NCBI GenBank assembly: GCA_010909165.1
Contig: MU008196.1
Span: 372,001 to 436,000, forward strand
Length of the DNA stretch: 64,000 nucleotides
Direction of reading: 5' to 3'
Source of the DNA: Anthoceros angustus
Lineage: Eukaryota > Plantae > Anthocerotophyta
In this document: piece by piece, positions 1 to 11,456 of the stretch
How positions within the stretch are numbered: the stretch's first letter is position 1
Layout: every line of letters begins with the position of its first letter
Program-made: the position numbers and the translations under genes
The notes under the pieces: generated by a model
The model's database searches: none
Seen by the model: only the letters and a program-made list of their open reading frames with translations
What the model was told of the DNA's origin: nothing

Positions 1-95
1 TAATAGGTATGTGATCTTGTTTGAAATGTGGGGGAAGTGTTGCTTGCCTCCTCGTCTCCTCATGTGGCGTCGTCATAAATGTTGACTGTGTGCAG

Positions 96-3000
96 ATGAT
101 GGTATGCTCGGAGTTGAAGCAGACACGGGCCAGTTTTGGGTGCTTTTTGGAGGCTTTGCACCTCTCACAAAGAAGAGAGATGCGGAAGATGATGATGTGG
201 TAGAAGCTGCCACAGTGAAACTACTGTGGTATTCTTCAACCCCAACGTAGGAAGAAGATATTTTTTTGTGCTGAATTTTATTCAAGAGAAGTCTGGAGTC
301 TCCACTTCTTTGCAAACTAGCGTGGGCTGACATTGGTGCCATGTCGAATGGAATGAGAAAAGTATCTCAGCAGGACACGAAGAAGAGATTCAGGCTACAG
401 CTTTGACAAGAGAAATGTTGACAACTGACAAGTGCTACCTTCTAGATTGTGGAATTGAAGTTTATGTGTGGACTGGGAGGAACACTTCTCTCAATGACAG
501 GAAAGCTGCTTCTGTACAAGCCGAGGCAAGCATTTTCAGAGTTTGCTCTGTACATTCCATCTGATTCACGAAGATTGAGCTGATGGGAGTGTATGTATGG
601 TAGAGATTGATTACAAGCCAGAAAAGGCCAGGATACACCCAGATTACAAAAGTCATGGAGGGTTTTGAAACACCTATGTTTAGGTCCAACTTTGACAACT
701 GGCCACTTAGTGCCACAAGAGCAGTATCTGAAGATGGGAGAGGCAAAATTGCAGGTTCTATCACTTTTCAGTATCTAACTTCTGGTTGTCCCTTACTTCT
801 TTTTCAAATAGTCAACACTATGTTGCTTCACCCATTTAGCATGATGACGGGTTTGTTTCAACTGTGTTGGCAGCCTTGCTGAAGCAGCAAGGCGTCAACG
901 TAAATGGCATTCGTGGAGGAGTTGTAGGAGATCCTTCACTTCTACTTGACAGTAATGGAAATTTGGAGGTGTGCACTGCTTCACCTGTATCAAACTTAAC
1001 ACTGCTTGTATTCGCAGTCCTTCTCTTCCTGTGTTGTAGGATATTTTAATGTAGGGAATGCGACTGAACTATGTTCGGACCTCAGGAGAGATGTGCTCAA
1101 ACTGATCGTCCATTCTGCAAACTTCAAATAGTTAGGAATTGAGGATCAGTTTCATTGTATATGTGAACTGCCTTTGCACGGAGGTAAGCAGATACTTTCT
1201 AAATGAATACTTTCTTTTGTCAGATCTGGCAGGTCATCAATACCTCAAAAATTTCTGTCCCCACAGAAGAATTTGGGAAGTTTTACTCTGGCCATTGCTA
1301 CATTGTGGTGTACAGCTTTCCAGGCCCAGATCGAAAGAACAATGTTGTCATTTGGTTATGGTTTGGACAACATAGCTTGCCGGTGCGGCTGACTACTTGA
1401 GCTTGGCTTCAGCCCTGAAGGTTTTTAGGACAGAGATGGTCAAGAGGCCGCTTCTTCAGCACCATTTTCTTCTATACTCCTTATACCCGGCTGGCTTCCT
1501 GCAGACCGACCAAAGTATTGCTGCAGATTTCTGCAGCGAGATTTCAAGCAGAGTGAAAGGCCCTGTTCAGGTTGAGGTTTTCTGTCTGTGGTCATCTTAA
1601 AACCTGACTTGCTGAGACTCAGTTTTGGTGGATTCCTCCGTGTACAGAACCTCAATCTCCCACATCACTTTCCTTGCAGGGTCGCATACACCAAGGAAAG
1701 GAACCTGCATACTTTAGTGCTTTGTTCAGATCCATGATTGTATTGGAGGTTCGTCTGCTGGTTATATTATCTTGGGCCGTCTCTAGGTTTGTGTTGAATG
1801 TAAGGAGATCTACCGTCAGGATGCATATTTTTCTTTAAGTTCTTTGTGTTCTTCCTGTAGGCTGCACATAGTGCTGATACTTTAATCCCAAATTCTGGAA
1901 ACGAAGGATAGGGTGACCTCAACAGATCACTGGGTCACCTTACTTCGAGTACAACAAACAGGGCCCTGGAGCATGCAGGCCATGCAAGTTGATGCGGTAC
2001 GTGTCCACTTTTGGCTGGGTATCCCTCCAGAATTTAGGGTTTACATCTTTGAAGCAGGAGCAAGATCTCATAACAAAAGCTCATTCGGGACCATAACAGC
2101 CCTGTGCAGACATCATTGGCAGGTTCTTGAACCTGTGTGCTTGTGCTTGTGGTCTGAGCTGCAGATTGAAGGATGTGTCAATTATGATTGTCTGGGGCAC
2201 AAGTCCTACGAGCAACACTGACATTCAGGTGATCTGAAGGCTCTCATGATTGCTGTGGTCTGCAGGTAGCAACATCTTTAAATTCAGGAGAGTGCTTTGT
2301 TCTTGCCACGGAGGCTTTGTTGTTCCTCTGGTACGGCAGCTCGACAAGCCCGGCAGAGCAAAAAATGGCACTCCAAGTTGCAGAGAAATTTAAGGTACAA
2401 GTGGCAATCACGTGTTCTACATGCCTGGCCAGAATTTTGCATGCTCTTGTGTGATTTGAATGTCGTGACTATGAAACTAGAACTACTAACAGAGAATGGG
2501 GACCCCATCAGCACCAATAACCATTGACAGTTGTCCTTGAGCAGCCCGGTTTCCCTGTGAAGGCATTAAAAGAAGGTGTAGAATCGACAGCTTTTTGGAA
2601 TGCACTTGGGGGCAAAAGAGGTTATGCAAGTACTCCAAAACCAAAACGCGCCGAAAAGGATCCTCGCATGTTTGGTTGCGTACATGGAAAAGGTTTCTGA
2701 TCATCGTATTTCTTGAACGCACTCTCAAGCTGTGATTGTTCAGCACACGTAGCAGCTCGTCAAATTAATATTGTCGTTTTATGCACTTGCATACAGACAT
2801 TCTCGTTTTTAGTCAATTAGCTGTGTCCACTTTAATTTGCCTAATCAGCTCTACGTATTGTTTGGACTGTGTCAAGATGCAGGAGAACGTGTAAGTGGAT
2901 CTCCTACTTTGTGGCAGACTATCGTTTGTCTTGAGTTCATCATGTTTATGCAGGTCTTGATGTCGTGCCGTGTTTGGCAGTTTAAGGAAGTCTTTAACTT

Positions 3001-4925
3001 CGATCAGGATGACTTGTTGAGTGATGACATAGTAATTTTGGACACTTCCTTGGAAGTTTTTGTGTGGGTAGGTCAGCAATGTACGCGACAGCAGAAATCC
3101 GATGCGCTCAGCCTTGGCCAGGTGCTTGCTTGATAACGTACATCAGCTCCAGCATGAAAGAGATTGTATATATCAATGTACTGGGTGATATATTCCACTG
3201 TTGGCCTGCAGGCATATATTAATCATGCTGCTGTAACTGAAGGATTGCCGCCATTAATGCCACTGTATCAAGTGTTACAAGGATACGAGCCATCATTCTT
3301 CACTAGATGGTTTTCCTGGGATACGGCAAAAGCTATTGTAAGAGTTGTTGATGGAAATACACAATTCAACATAAGAGAAGCTTGGGAGCTGAGAAGACTA
3401 ACTCCCAAAGAATGCGATGCAGCCTCTTTCTGATCTCTACAGACAGAAGTTAGCCTTTACTCAGGGGCGACGCCTCAATCAAGACACGGAGGTCTCTCTG
3501 TCATTGCTGGTGTCCCTTATTGTTTTACGTCTTCTGTAGAGCTGTAGGTGTATTAACAGATCTTACATCGACTTGCTTTACAGGGCCTGAAGCGAAGGGT
3601 GCCTGGCCACACAGTTTCTCCAGTTAGGGTTCTGGATCCGACTTCAGACTCAACTTTGGATTCTACTGATAGGGGTGCATCTGTTGCGCTCAAGACACAA
3701 GCTGGGATGGAAAACAAATTGCACAAATCGAAAGTGGAAGGAGGATCCACACAGAGGGCCGCAGCCATGGCTGCACTGTCGCATGTATGGAACTCTCCAG
3801 TGGCTGGGGATGTGTCATCAAGCGCCGAGCAAAACTGTCACTGCTCTGAAACAGTCTCAGGGGCGACGCCTCAATCAAGACACGGAGGTCTCTCTGTCAT
3901 TGCTGGTGTCCCTTATTGTTTTACGTCTTCTGTAGAGCTGTAGGTGTATTAACAGATCTTACATCGACTTGCTTTACAGGGCCTGAAGCGAAGGGTGCCT
4001 GGCCACACAGTTTCTCCAGTTAGGGTTCTGGATCCGACTTCAGACTCAACTTTGGATTCTACTGATAGGGGTGCATCTGTTGCGCTCAAGACACAAGCTG
4101 GGATGGAAAACAAATTGCACAAATCGAAAGTGGAAGGAGGATCCACACAGAGGGCCGCAGCCATGGCTGCACTGTCGCATGTATGGAACTCTCCAGTGGC
4201 TGGGGATGTGTCATCAAGCGCTTCGAGCAAAACTGTCACTGCTCTGAAACAGTCTCCAGGGGCGGAACCATCTGGACAGACAGTTGCTTCACGTCTGGAT
4301 GGTTCCATCATGAGACCTGCATCACAACGAGCAGCTGCTCTAGCAGCACTCTCATCTGTGCTTGAGACACCTCCAAATCTGCGCCTCACAATGGTCCGGT
4401 GAGGTTGCCTGTCCTAGCTGTTTTGTTGTTGTTGTCGTTTAGAGACTGTCTCTGATGTGCTTTTCATTACTGCAGAAGGTAACTGGGTGGCTTTGTCCTC
4501 TCCAAGTCAAAAAGTTCATGTCTTGGATCAGTCTGACATCAGCCCCGAGTATGAGACAGTTGTGTCTGAAGAATTTGAAGAAATTGTGAATGAGGATGTT
4601 CCTGGCGATGTTTTCCCATTTAGCCGTCTGAAAATTGGCTCACTGTATCCTGTTGGTTCCATCGATGCGACAAGGAGAGAGGTCTACTTCTTCCCTTCCC
4701 ACTGTACAATTGAATGTTGTGAATGAGTACATGATCAGGAATTCTCTCTCGTCTGTCACTCATTGGATATCATGTTTCCATGCCTATGCTGATGCATGTC
4801 TCTTTGTACAGTCATACTTGAGCAGTGTTGAGTTTGAAAAGCTCTTCGGGATGGACAAGCAGCAGTTTGCTCAACTTCCAAAGTGGAAGCAGATGGCTTT
4901 GAAGAAGAAGCTGGATCTTTTCTAA
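96..4925 (+). CDS. VLN: Villin (gelsolin repeats + C-terminal headpiece), 5' end outside window; multi-exon
   Basis: Exons inferred from splice sites and translation: 96-228 (GQFWVLFGGFAPL), 363-525 (DKCYLLDCGIEVYVWTGR), 604-754, 874-968, 1224-1382, 1505-1570, 1680-1748, 1861-1996 (136 nt, one extra base giving TAG at 1909-1911), 2266-2394, 2545-2692, 2981-3121 (NFDQDDLLSDDIVILD), 3212-3337, linker exon from 3956, ~4474-4680, and 4812-4925 (headpiece FEKLFGMDKQQFAQLPKWKQMALKKKLDLF*). Linker exon boundaries are uncertain. Confidence 0.93.
526..603 (+). other. GC-AG intron in villin
   Basis: The frame AASVQAE is followed by gcaagc at 526 and resumes in phase after tag (601-603) as RLITSQKRP. 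No suitable GT donor is present. Confidence 0.7.
3460..4264 (+). repeat. 396-bp tandem duplication inside villin linker region
   Basis: 3460-3855 is repeated at 3856-~4253 (ORFs 3599 and 3995 are offset by 396). The junction lies on CAGGGGCG, and copy 1 lacks 2 nt (gccgagc vs gcttcgagc). Confidence 0.95.
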
Positions 4926-5460
4926 GCATCTTCCTTATTGGAATGACCACGTCTCGAATTGTGTGCCTTACATAGTCATGCCTTTGTTGCATTCTGGATC
5001 GCTTCCAACCATGGGAGCTTCCATTGCACACTATCGCACAAGATGTAAGGGCATTTGGCCGTGTCTTAGAATCTGGTGGCTTGTGAGCGCACCAGATTGA
5101 CTTGATTGTTCTAGCTATTTCCAATTCAGGGCCCTTCCAGTGTTTGTGCGGAGTTCTAATATTCAGGTACATCCCAATTTCGATCTTTCGTTTTCGCCTC
5201 AACCTGATTGTCAATGAAATCTTCTTCGATTTGCACAAACAGAAGGCAGTTTCCTCCGTTCAAATGAAAGGTCGTGAAACGTTCACATGTACCTCGAAAG
5301 ACGGAAGGCCTCAAGGCCTCCGAGAAAACCCGGAAGATGGGTTCACATGTACCCTGAAAGAAGGCAAGGAAGACGGGGTCCAAGAATATTGCTCCAGGTT
5401 TGGGAAGGCCTCAAGGAAGACAAGGTCTAAGAATATCGCTCCGGGTTTGGGTTACACGAA

Positions 5461-5945
5461 GAGGGGTAATGGGGAAGGAGAGAGAGGGGTAATGGGGAAG
5501 CGAGAGAGAGAGGGGTAATGGGGAAGCGAGAGAGGGGTAATGGGGAAGGCAGAGAGAGAGGGGTAATGGGGAAGGAGAGAGAGAGAGGGGTAATGGGGAA
5601 GCGAGAGAGAGAGGGGTAATGGGGAAGGCGAGAGAGAGAGGGGTAATGGGGAAGCAGAAGAGAGAGAGAGGGGTAATGGGGAAGCAGAAGAGAGAGAGAG
5701 GGGTAATGGGGAAGTAGAAGAGAGGGAGAGGGGTAATTGGGAAGTAGAAGAGGGAGAGGGGTAATTGGGAAGGTAAGAGAGGGAGAGGGGTAAGAAAAGA
5801 GAGAGTAGAGAGAACGTGGAGGGAAAGCCATAGAGGAGTAACGAGGAAGCAGAAGAGGGAGAGGGGTAACTGGGAAGCAGAAGACAGAGAGGGGTAACGG
5901 TAAGCAGAAGAGAGAGTAGAGAGAACGTGGAGGGAAAGCCGCAGA
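5461..5945 (+). repeat. G/A-rich minisatellite, unit ~GAGGGGTAATGGGGAAG(C/GC)AGAGAGA, ~12 copies plus degenerate tail
   Basis: GGGGTAAT recurs every ~21-31 bp from 5463 to ~5765 and then decays. Confidence 0.9.
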
Positions 5946-6199
5946 GGGGTATGATGATGCCCGTTTGGCATTCCGTCTTCCCTTGGATCGCCTTGCGCTC
6001 GATCCCCAGGACGAGTTAGCTTGGTGCCTTCTCTTGCTTCTCCCTCGGTGGTGTCTTCGGTGTACTAGGGTGGGCTTGGGCATCGGGAAGTTGCTAGCCG
6101 TCTTGGCCGGGTGATCGCCATCCCTCCGTGGGAGGCTTTGCGACCGCCAAGGCTCATGAATCAGACAGCTTGGAACAGTCCTGTGTAATGCAACAAACC

Positions 6200-7040
6200 T
6201 GTGTTGCAAGTTGCTTAGCCAGGCAGGTGAATATGCTCGCGCTGCCAGGGCTCTTCGACCCCTTCCCCTAGCCCTCGCTTCTGAAGAGACCATTGTTGCC
6301 CTCCATACCCTCCATCTAGCACCCAAGGATGCCATCCCCCCGGACATATCCAACTATATCCCGGAGGATCCCTTCTCCCTATCGGGCAGCTTTTGCTCTA
6401 GCACTCTCTACAACCCCACATCTTTCATCTGCCGAGTTATCAGGAATGGTGTTTGAACACCTCAGGGACCTTTTTCATCCCGAAGATCCATTTAGTGGCT
6501 CCCCATAGCTCTTTTATCTGGCCGCTGCGGTGGCTCGGGGTGAGATGCCTCACCGGATTTCCCATGTTCTTGCAGCTAGCAGGCTTGTCGCTATGGACAA
6601 GCTGCCCCAAGCTTGCGCCCACTCAAGGGTCGGGAAGCCGTCATGCGGCTTCTCGGTACTGCCCTTCAGTGCCGCTCCCTTCTCCAGCAGCACCTCAACC
6701 CCCTTCAATTGGGCATTGCCACTCCGAGCACCACAGTCTGTGGTGCTTGGAGTGAAGGTATGCCTTGATACCCACCCGGAGTGGGTGGTCTTACAGGTTG
6801 ATGTCGAGAATGCCTTCAATACTATTTCTAGGAGCGTCATCTTCAAGGAGCTTAGGGATGCTGGCGGCGTCTTGAGGAACCTTATACCTTTTGTCCGGTG
6901 CTTCTACGGGAGGTCTTCCAACCTCTACTACAAGCACAAGAACGTCTCTTCAGGATTTACTATCTCTGTCTTGGAATCGGCCACATGTACCAGGCAAGGC
7001 GACCCCCTGAGCAGTGCTCTCTTCGCCATTGCTCACTATA
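6200..7040 (+). mobile_element. Decayed non-LTR retrotransposon reverse transcriptase fragment (early-branching, CRE-like)
   Basis: Across frameshifts it reads AGEYARAARAL..., SGMVFEHLRDLFHPEDP, LAASRLVAMDK, PLQLGIATP, WVVLQVDVENAFNTISR and TRQGDPLSSALFAIAHY. It is cut before the YxDD motif by Ty3 sequence at ~7041. Confidence 0.75.
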
Positions 7041-7288
7041 GGACACCTCCTACCACTCATGTAGGTTACCTTTTCTCCTCACCAGAAGGTTGTTTTGACC
7101 CGTTTCTTTTTCCCTGCATATCTCCTTGGTCTTCCCGACATGGTCCTACAACTCCCGCTCAAAAAGGAGCAAAAAATTTCCTTGCATGTCTTCACCAAAC
7201 CATTTCTAGCAAAAGAGTGTGGGCCTGTTTCAAAGCAAACTCATTTAAGCTTGTTGCCCAAACTTTTGCGTTCCACATACTCCCCTCC

Positions 7289-9413
7289 TCACCTGTTTGC
7301 GTCCTCGCAAACAACAGATACCTCGGGCTGAAGGTACTTCTTAACCTTCCACCCATTCACTCTAGTTGGCAGCAAATCCCCATCCAGCACACGTAATTGC
7401 ACGGATCCATTCTCATACACTGCCACCACCTCATAAGGTCCCATCCATCTCAACCTAAGCTTCCCTGGGAAGTCCATATAACGGCTATCATATAGAAGAA
7501 CCAAATCCCCGGCCATGATAGCTTCTTGCTTCCTCAACTTCCCATCATGCCTATCCTTTCTAAGCTCCTGAATTCGCTGAGTTTCTTCTAAAGCATCTTC
7601 CCTACGTTCCTCCTGCTCTATGAAAGATTCTAGTCTAGCTACCTGGCTATCTTCTACAGACATGCGCTCATCCTCCATGATTCTATAGGTAGGTACTTCA
7701 AATTCCACTGGCATCATCGGAGACATGCCATATGTTAAATAATAAGGGGTCTTCTTGGTTGTCACCTTCTCTCATCTGTAAGCCCATAATCGAATGTAGC
7801 TTAGTGTCCCAATCATACATGTGAGTCACAGTTACCTTGGTCAAGATTGTACACAGCAGCCCATTCGTTTTCTCCGTCAAACCATTCGCTTTGGGATTGT
7901 AAGGAGTTGTCTTCCGATTCCGAATGTTGAAGTAGGTGGTGAGAGTCTCAATCACTGAGTTGAGGAAATGAGTTCCCCTGTCACTGACCAACTCCAAAGG
8001 ACATCCATACCTCGTTATAATGTTCTCAAAGAGAAACTTCGCTACTGCAGGTGCGTCGTCCTTCCTTGTTGCTTCAGCCTCCACCATCTTTGTACAATAG
8101 TCCGTAGCCACCAAGATATATTGCTTCCTTGTCCATTGTGTGGGTGGCTTGATTGGACCTACAAAATCTATACCCCACTTCTCAAATGGTGCCAAAGGTA
8201 GTATGTAGGTGAGAGGCCACTGTGTTGACAAAGTGGGCCTTCCAACCCTCTGACACGCATCACACCTCCTAATAAATTCCCACACATCCCTCTGCATTGT
8301 AGCCCACCAGAAGCCTGCATCCAAGACCTTCTTCACGGTGATTTGCGTCGAATAATGACCACCAGCCTCTTCTGCATGTAAAGCTTCTGTGACCAAAACA
8401 GCTTCTCTAGTTTCCAGACATCGCCGAATCTTCTCGTCTGGACCAAGCTTGTACAAGACCCCATCTCGTAGGCAATAAGGGGCTGTCTTGTGGAGAAAAA
8501 CAGCTCGCCCCTCCCTAGACAAACCATCAGGCATGATTCCATGCTCTAGAAAATTTCGTACCTCACCATTCAACAGATATCTTGGGCATGAACGCCCCTC
8601 ACGTTCTAATCTCCTCCTTCCACGCATACCACGTCGCCTCCTGCTAGCTCGCCCACCAGCAGCCCCAGACGGCGTTGATCCATCCACAAATCCAGTTTCT
8701 CCCCGCTTTGTCCATGCTGCAAGTTTCTGAGCCTGCAGCCCGTTTGCATGCTCCTCCTCCAACAACGTTCGGATTTCTTCCATTCCTGCTGGTCTAGCCT
8801 CGTGTCCAGGTCCAGCTCGTGCTCCCATGGCGACCTCCTCGCCTTGCTGCACCTCCATGGCCACCTCATGAGTGATTTCCCATGAATCTGCCATCTCCTT
8901 CTCCTGCAGTTTTTCTTCAAGCTTATCATGGGATGCATCTCCTTCCTCGCCCTCTAGCGCACCCACCTCCCTAGGGTCGTCTCCTCCTTGCGGCCTCATG
9001 GCGCCTGGCTTTTGGCCACGCCAAGTGTGGGCGCCTTTTCTTTTGCCCGAAACTGGTGCTCCCATGTCCGTTTTTGCTGCTTCCTTTTGCCACCGTGTGG
9101 CCTCCACTTGCAGCCCTCCTGACTGGTCACCCTTGAGGAGCATTCCAGCCTCCTCCTCACGCCCATACTGGCGCCTTTTATCCCCTCGGTTCCAGTTGTC
9201 CTGCTGCGGCCTTTTCTGCACACTCCCTTCTTGCTCATTTGGCCTCTCTGTTGGCAACAAGACTTGCTGCTCAATCCTTAGGCCGTCTACAACATGGTCA
9301 CGTCCTCCCCCTTCGACCCATGCTGCGGCAACCAACTCCTCGTCAGGAAATCGGTCATCTGTGTCCTCAAGTCGCTCTCCAGTTTTCAGTCGAAAAATAA
9401 AACCTGCATTCAC
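7289..9413 (-). CDS. Ty3/gypsy integrase with long N-terminal in-frame extension; one frameshift near 7770
   Basis: The 571-aa ORF has an HHCC zinc finger (H AEEAGG H ... C DA C), WGIDFVGP, LVSDRGTHF and NGLTE with D-35-E spacing. The 158-aa ORF supplies the C-terminus (TPYYLTYG, GDLVLLY, KLRLRWMGPY). Confidence 0.92.
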
Positions 9414-9568
9414 ATGCTCTTCCCTGCAACTTCTTAAACTCTACACTTAGAAATCTTCACCACCTTACCACATTCTAGCTCTAACTTTTCTATGGCACAT
9501 GGATCTACATGTGCTCCCTCTAACTCCTTCCTACACTGTTTCCCCAACCTTTATCAAGAAAGGTCATA

Positions 9569-11191
9569 TCATAGGCCTTGCTTTTGCAGAAGGGTACATC
9601 CTTCGGGCGGCCGTGGTGGTACTCTCTCCTCTATGAAATCATACAAAGACTCCCTCCTCTTCCTTCGCAGAGTCCTCAACCGGACCAACGTGTGATGTGC
9701 ATAGCTCAAGCCACAAACCCGGTTCAAAGATACAGCTCTCAAATTATCCCAATCCAACGGTGATGCAACTCCATACGTGTGACTATACCGCTGCTGGGCA
9801 TGACCTCGAAGTACTCTAGGAAAATTTCGGAGACAATCCACGGCTGAGACTTCCAAATTCGCATAAGTCACATGTTCAAAAGTTTGCACAAAAGCCTCAG
9901 CATCTTCACCTTGCTGCTTCTCCCCAAATCTCACATACTGCTGGTGGCTGTGGGGTGATTGACTCCCACCGCCTTTACTTCCTCCACTCATGGTTGAGGG
10001 CGTCCACAAAACTGTGGGCACACCTCCCAACAAACTCCCTGCAATATTGGCAATAAACAGATGCTGCCTGCAAGCGGGATGTACTATACAGACTTGGGCA
10101 CACAAGCGCCTCAGTCCTCCTAACAAGCAAGGTTGAAAGGGCAGCAAGCTGGGCAATAATTCGAACAAGACCTTGTGAAAACTTAGCCATTAGATCTCGT
10201 ACCCCAACTTCTCCACTGCCAAATCTCACCCTCTTGCCTTCCTCCTCTTACGACGACCAACTCGAGCTAGAAGAGCTCAACAATCCACGACGAGAAAAGT
10301 CCTCCTCTTGCAGGAACGGAAGATGTACCTTGGAAATTGCTAACCGCTGGCTCGGATTCTTGACCCTCACCCTTGATCAGCAACTCCTCGGCAACAACCT
10401 CCTTCCTCTTGCTGTCCGTGAGCACAACCTCCTCCTGCTCTTAGACAACTACCTCTTCTTCCTCAACGGAACCCTTGAAGATGTTAGCACATGTAGCTTC
10501 CTCCGCAAGAGCTCTCTCCTCCGCTTCTTCCTTTGCACATTGTGCAGCAGCAACTAAGCTTTCTTCACACACATGATTTCTCCGTTCAGCTCACAAATCC
10601 TTTGCAAACAAACTCGGGGGCGATCTCCTCTCAAACTCCTGCACAAATGTTGCGAGATGGTGTCTCCCCTAGGTGTGCGCCCCAAGATGGTGAGCTGGGC
10701 AGTGATTCTATCAAGGCGCTCCGCAAGATCCTCAGACCATGCAGAAATTCCTCCTCCTCCTCCTCCTCCTCCTTCTTCACTTTACATTTGGAGTTGAGCT
10801 AGATCCACCACTCCGGAAGGTCCAGCATTGAGAAGGCCCAGTGCTGGTAGCTGAATTTGAATTGCACTCCAGAAATGGTGCTTCCTCCTCGCTTTCCTCT
10901 TCGCACACCAACTCCTCTTCAACCACCTCCTTTGTTTCGTTGTCGGTGATTTCCACGTCCCCTTCTCCAGAAACGTTTTCTGCCTGATCACTTGGCTCCC
11001 CCTTGTAGGCAAGGGCAAAAACGGCCTCCTCCTCAAGCGCCCTTAGCTCTTCCTCCTCCTGGAGCCGCCGTGCAACCACCGCTGCGTTTTCCTCCCTCCA
11101 TTGATTTCTTCTTGCAGCTCTTAGATCTCTTGCAGTAACAGGTGGGGGTGACCTCCTGGTTTTCTCCTCTCCCCCTCCCTCTGCTAGACAT
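9569..11191 (-). pseudogene. gag (acidic/basic N-terminal region + retrotransposon gag capsid domain), frameshifted
   Basis: Starts MSSRGRG after the leader. Capsid-like segment EDAEAFVQTFEHV...LRGHAQQRY...WDNLRAVSLNR lies in ORF 9569-10168. Confidence 0.75.
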
Positions 11192-11456
11192 CTGCAAGCA
11201 TCCTCATAGCCTCCAAAACACGGTTGTTAAAGAAAAATCAGCCAACTCCTGCCATGCGCCATTCTTGCTGCAGGAACACAAAAATCACACCATTCAGGAG
11301 GCGTGGAGCTCCTCCTTCACAACGCACAGGTTCCAGGACGTGTAGGCTTCTTCCTAGACCCCCGCTCCACCTCCTTACAAGATCTTCTCAGCTCATCGCA
11401 AGCTAGCGAAAATCTCAAAATTTCAACCGTTCGATCAAGTCCCACAGTGCCCAAAA

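Noticed and set aside
1909-1911. Villin premature stop implying pseudogene
   Set aside because: It is explained by one extra base in a G run (exon length 136), and the remaining exons and headpiece are intact. Probably a sequence error.
5461-5800. Telomere-like repeat
   Set aside because: The unit GGGGTAAT with GA spacers does not match TTTAGGG or TTAGGG arrays.
5427-6353. 308-aa and 186-aa minus-strand ORFs
   Set aside because: They are by-products of the C/T-rich strand of the minisatellite (PITPLSL/PHYPSL repeats) and the antisense of the RT, with no domain content.
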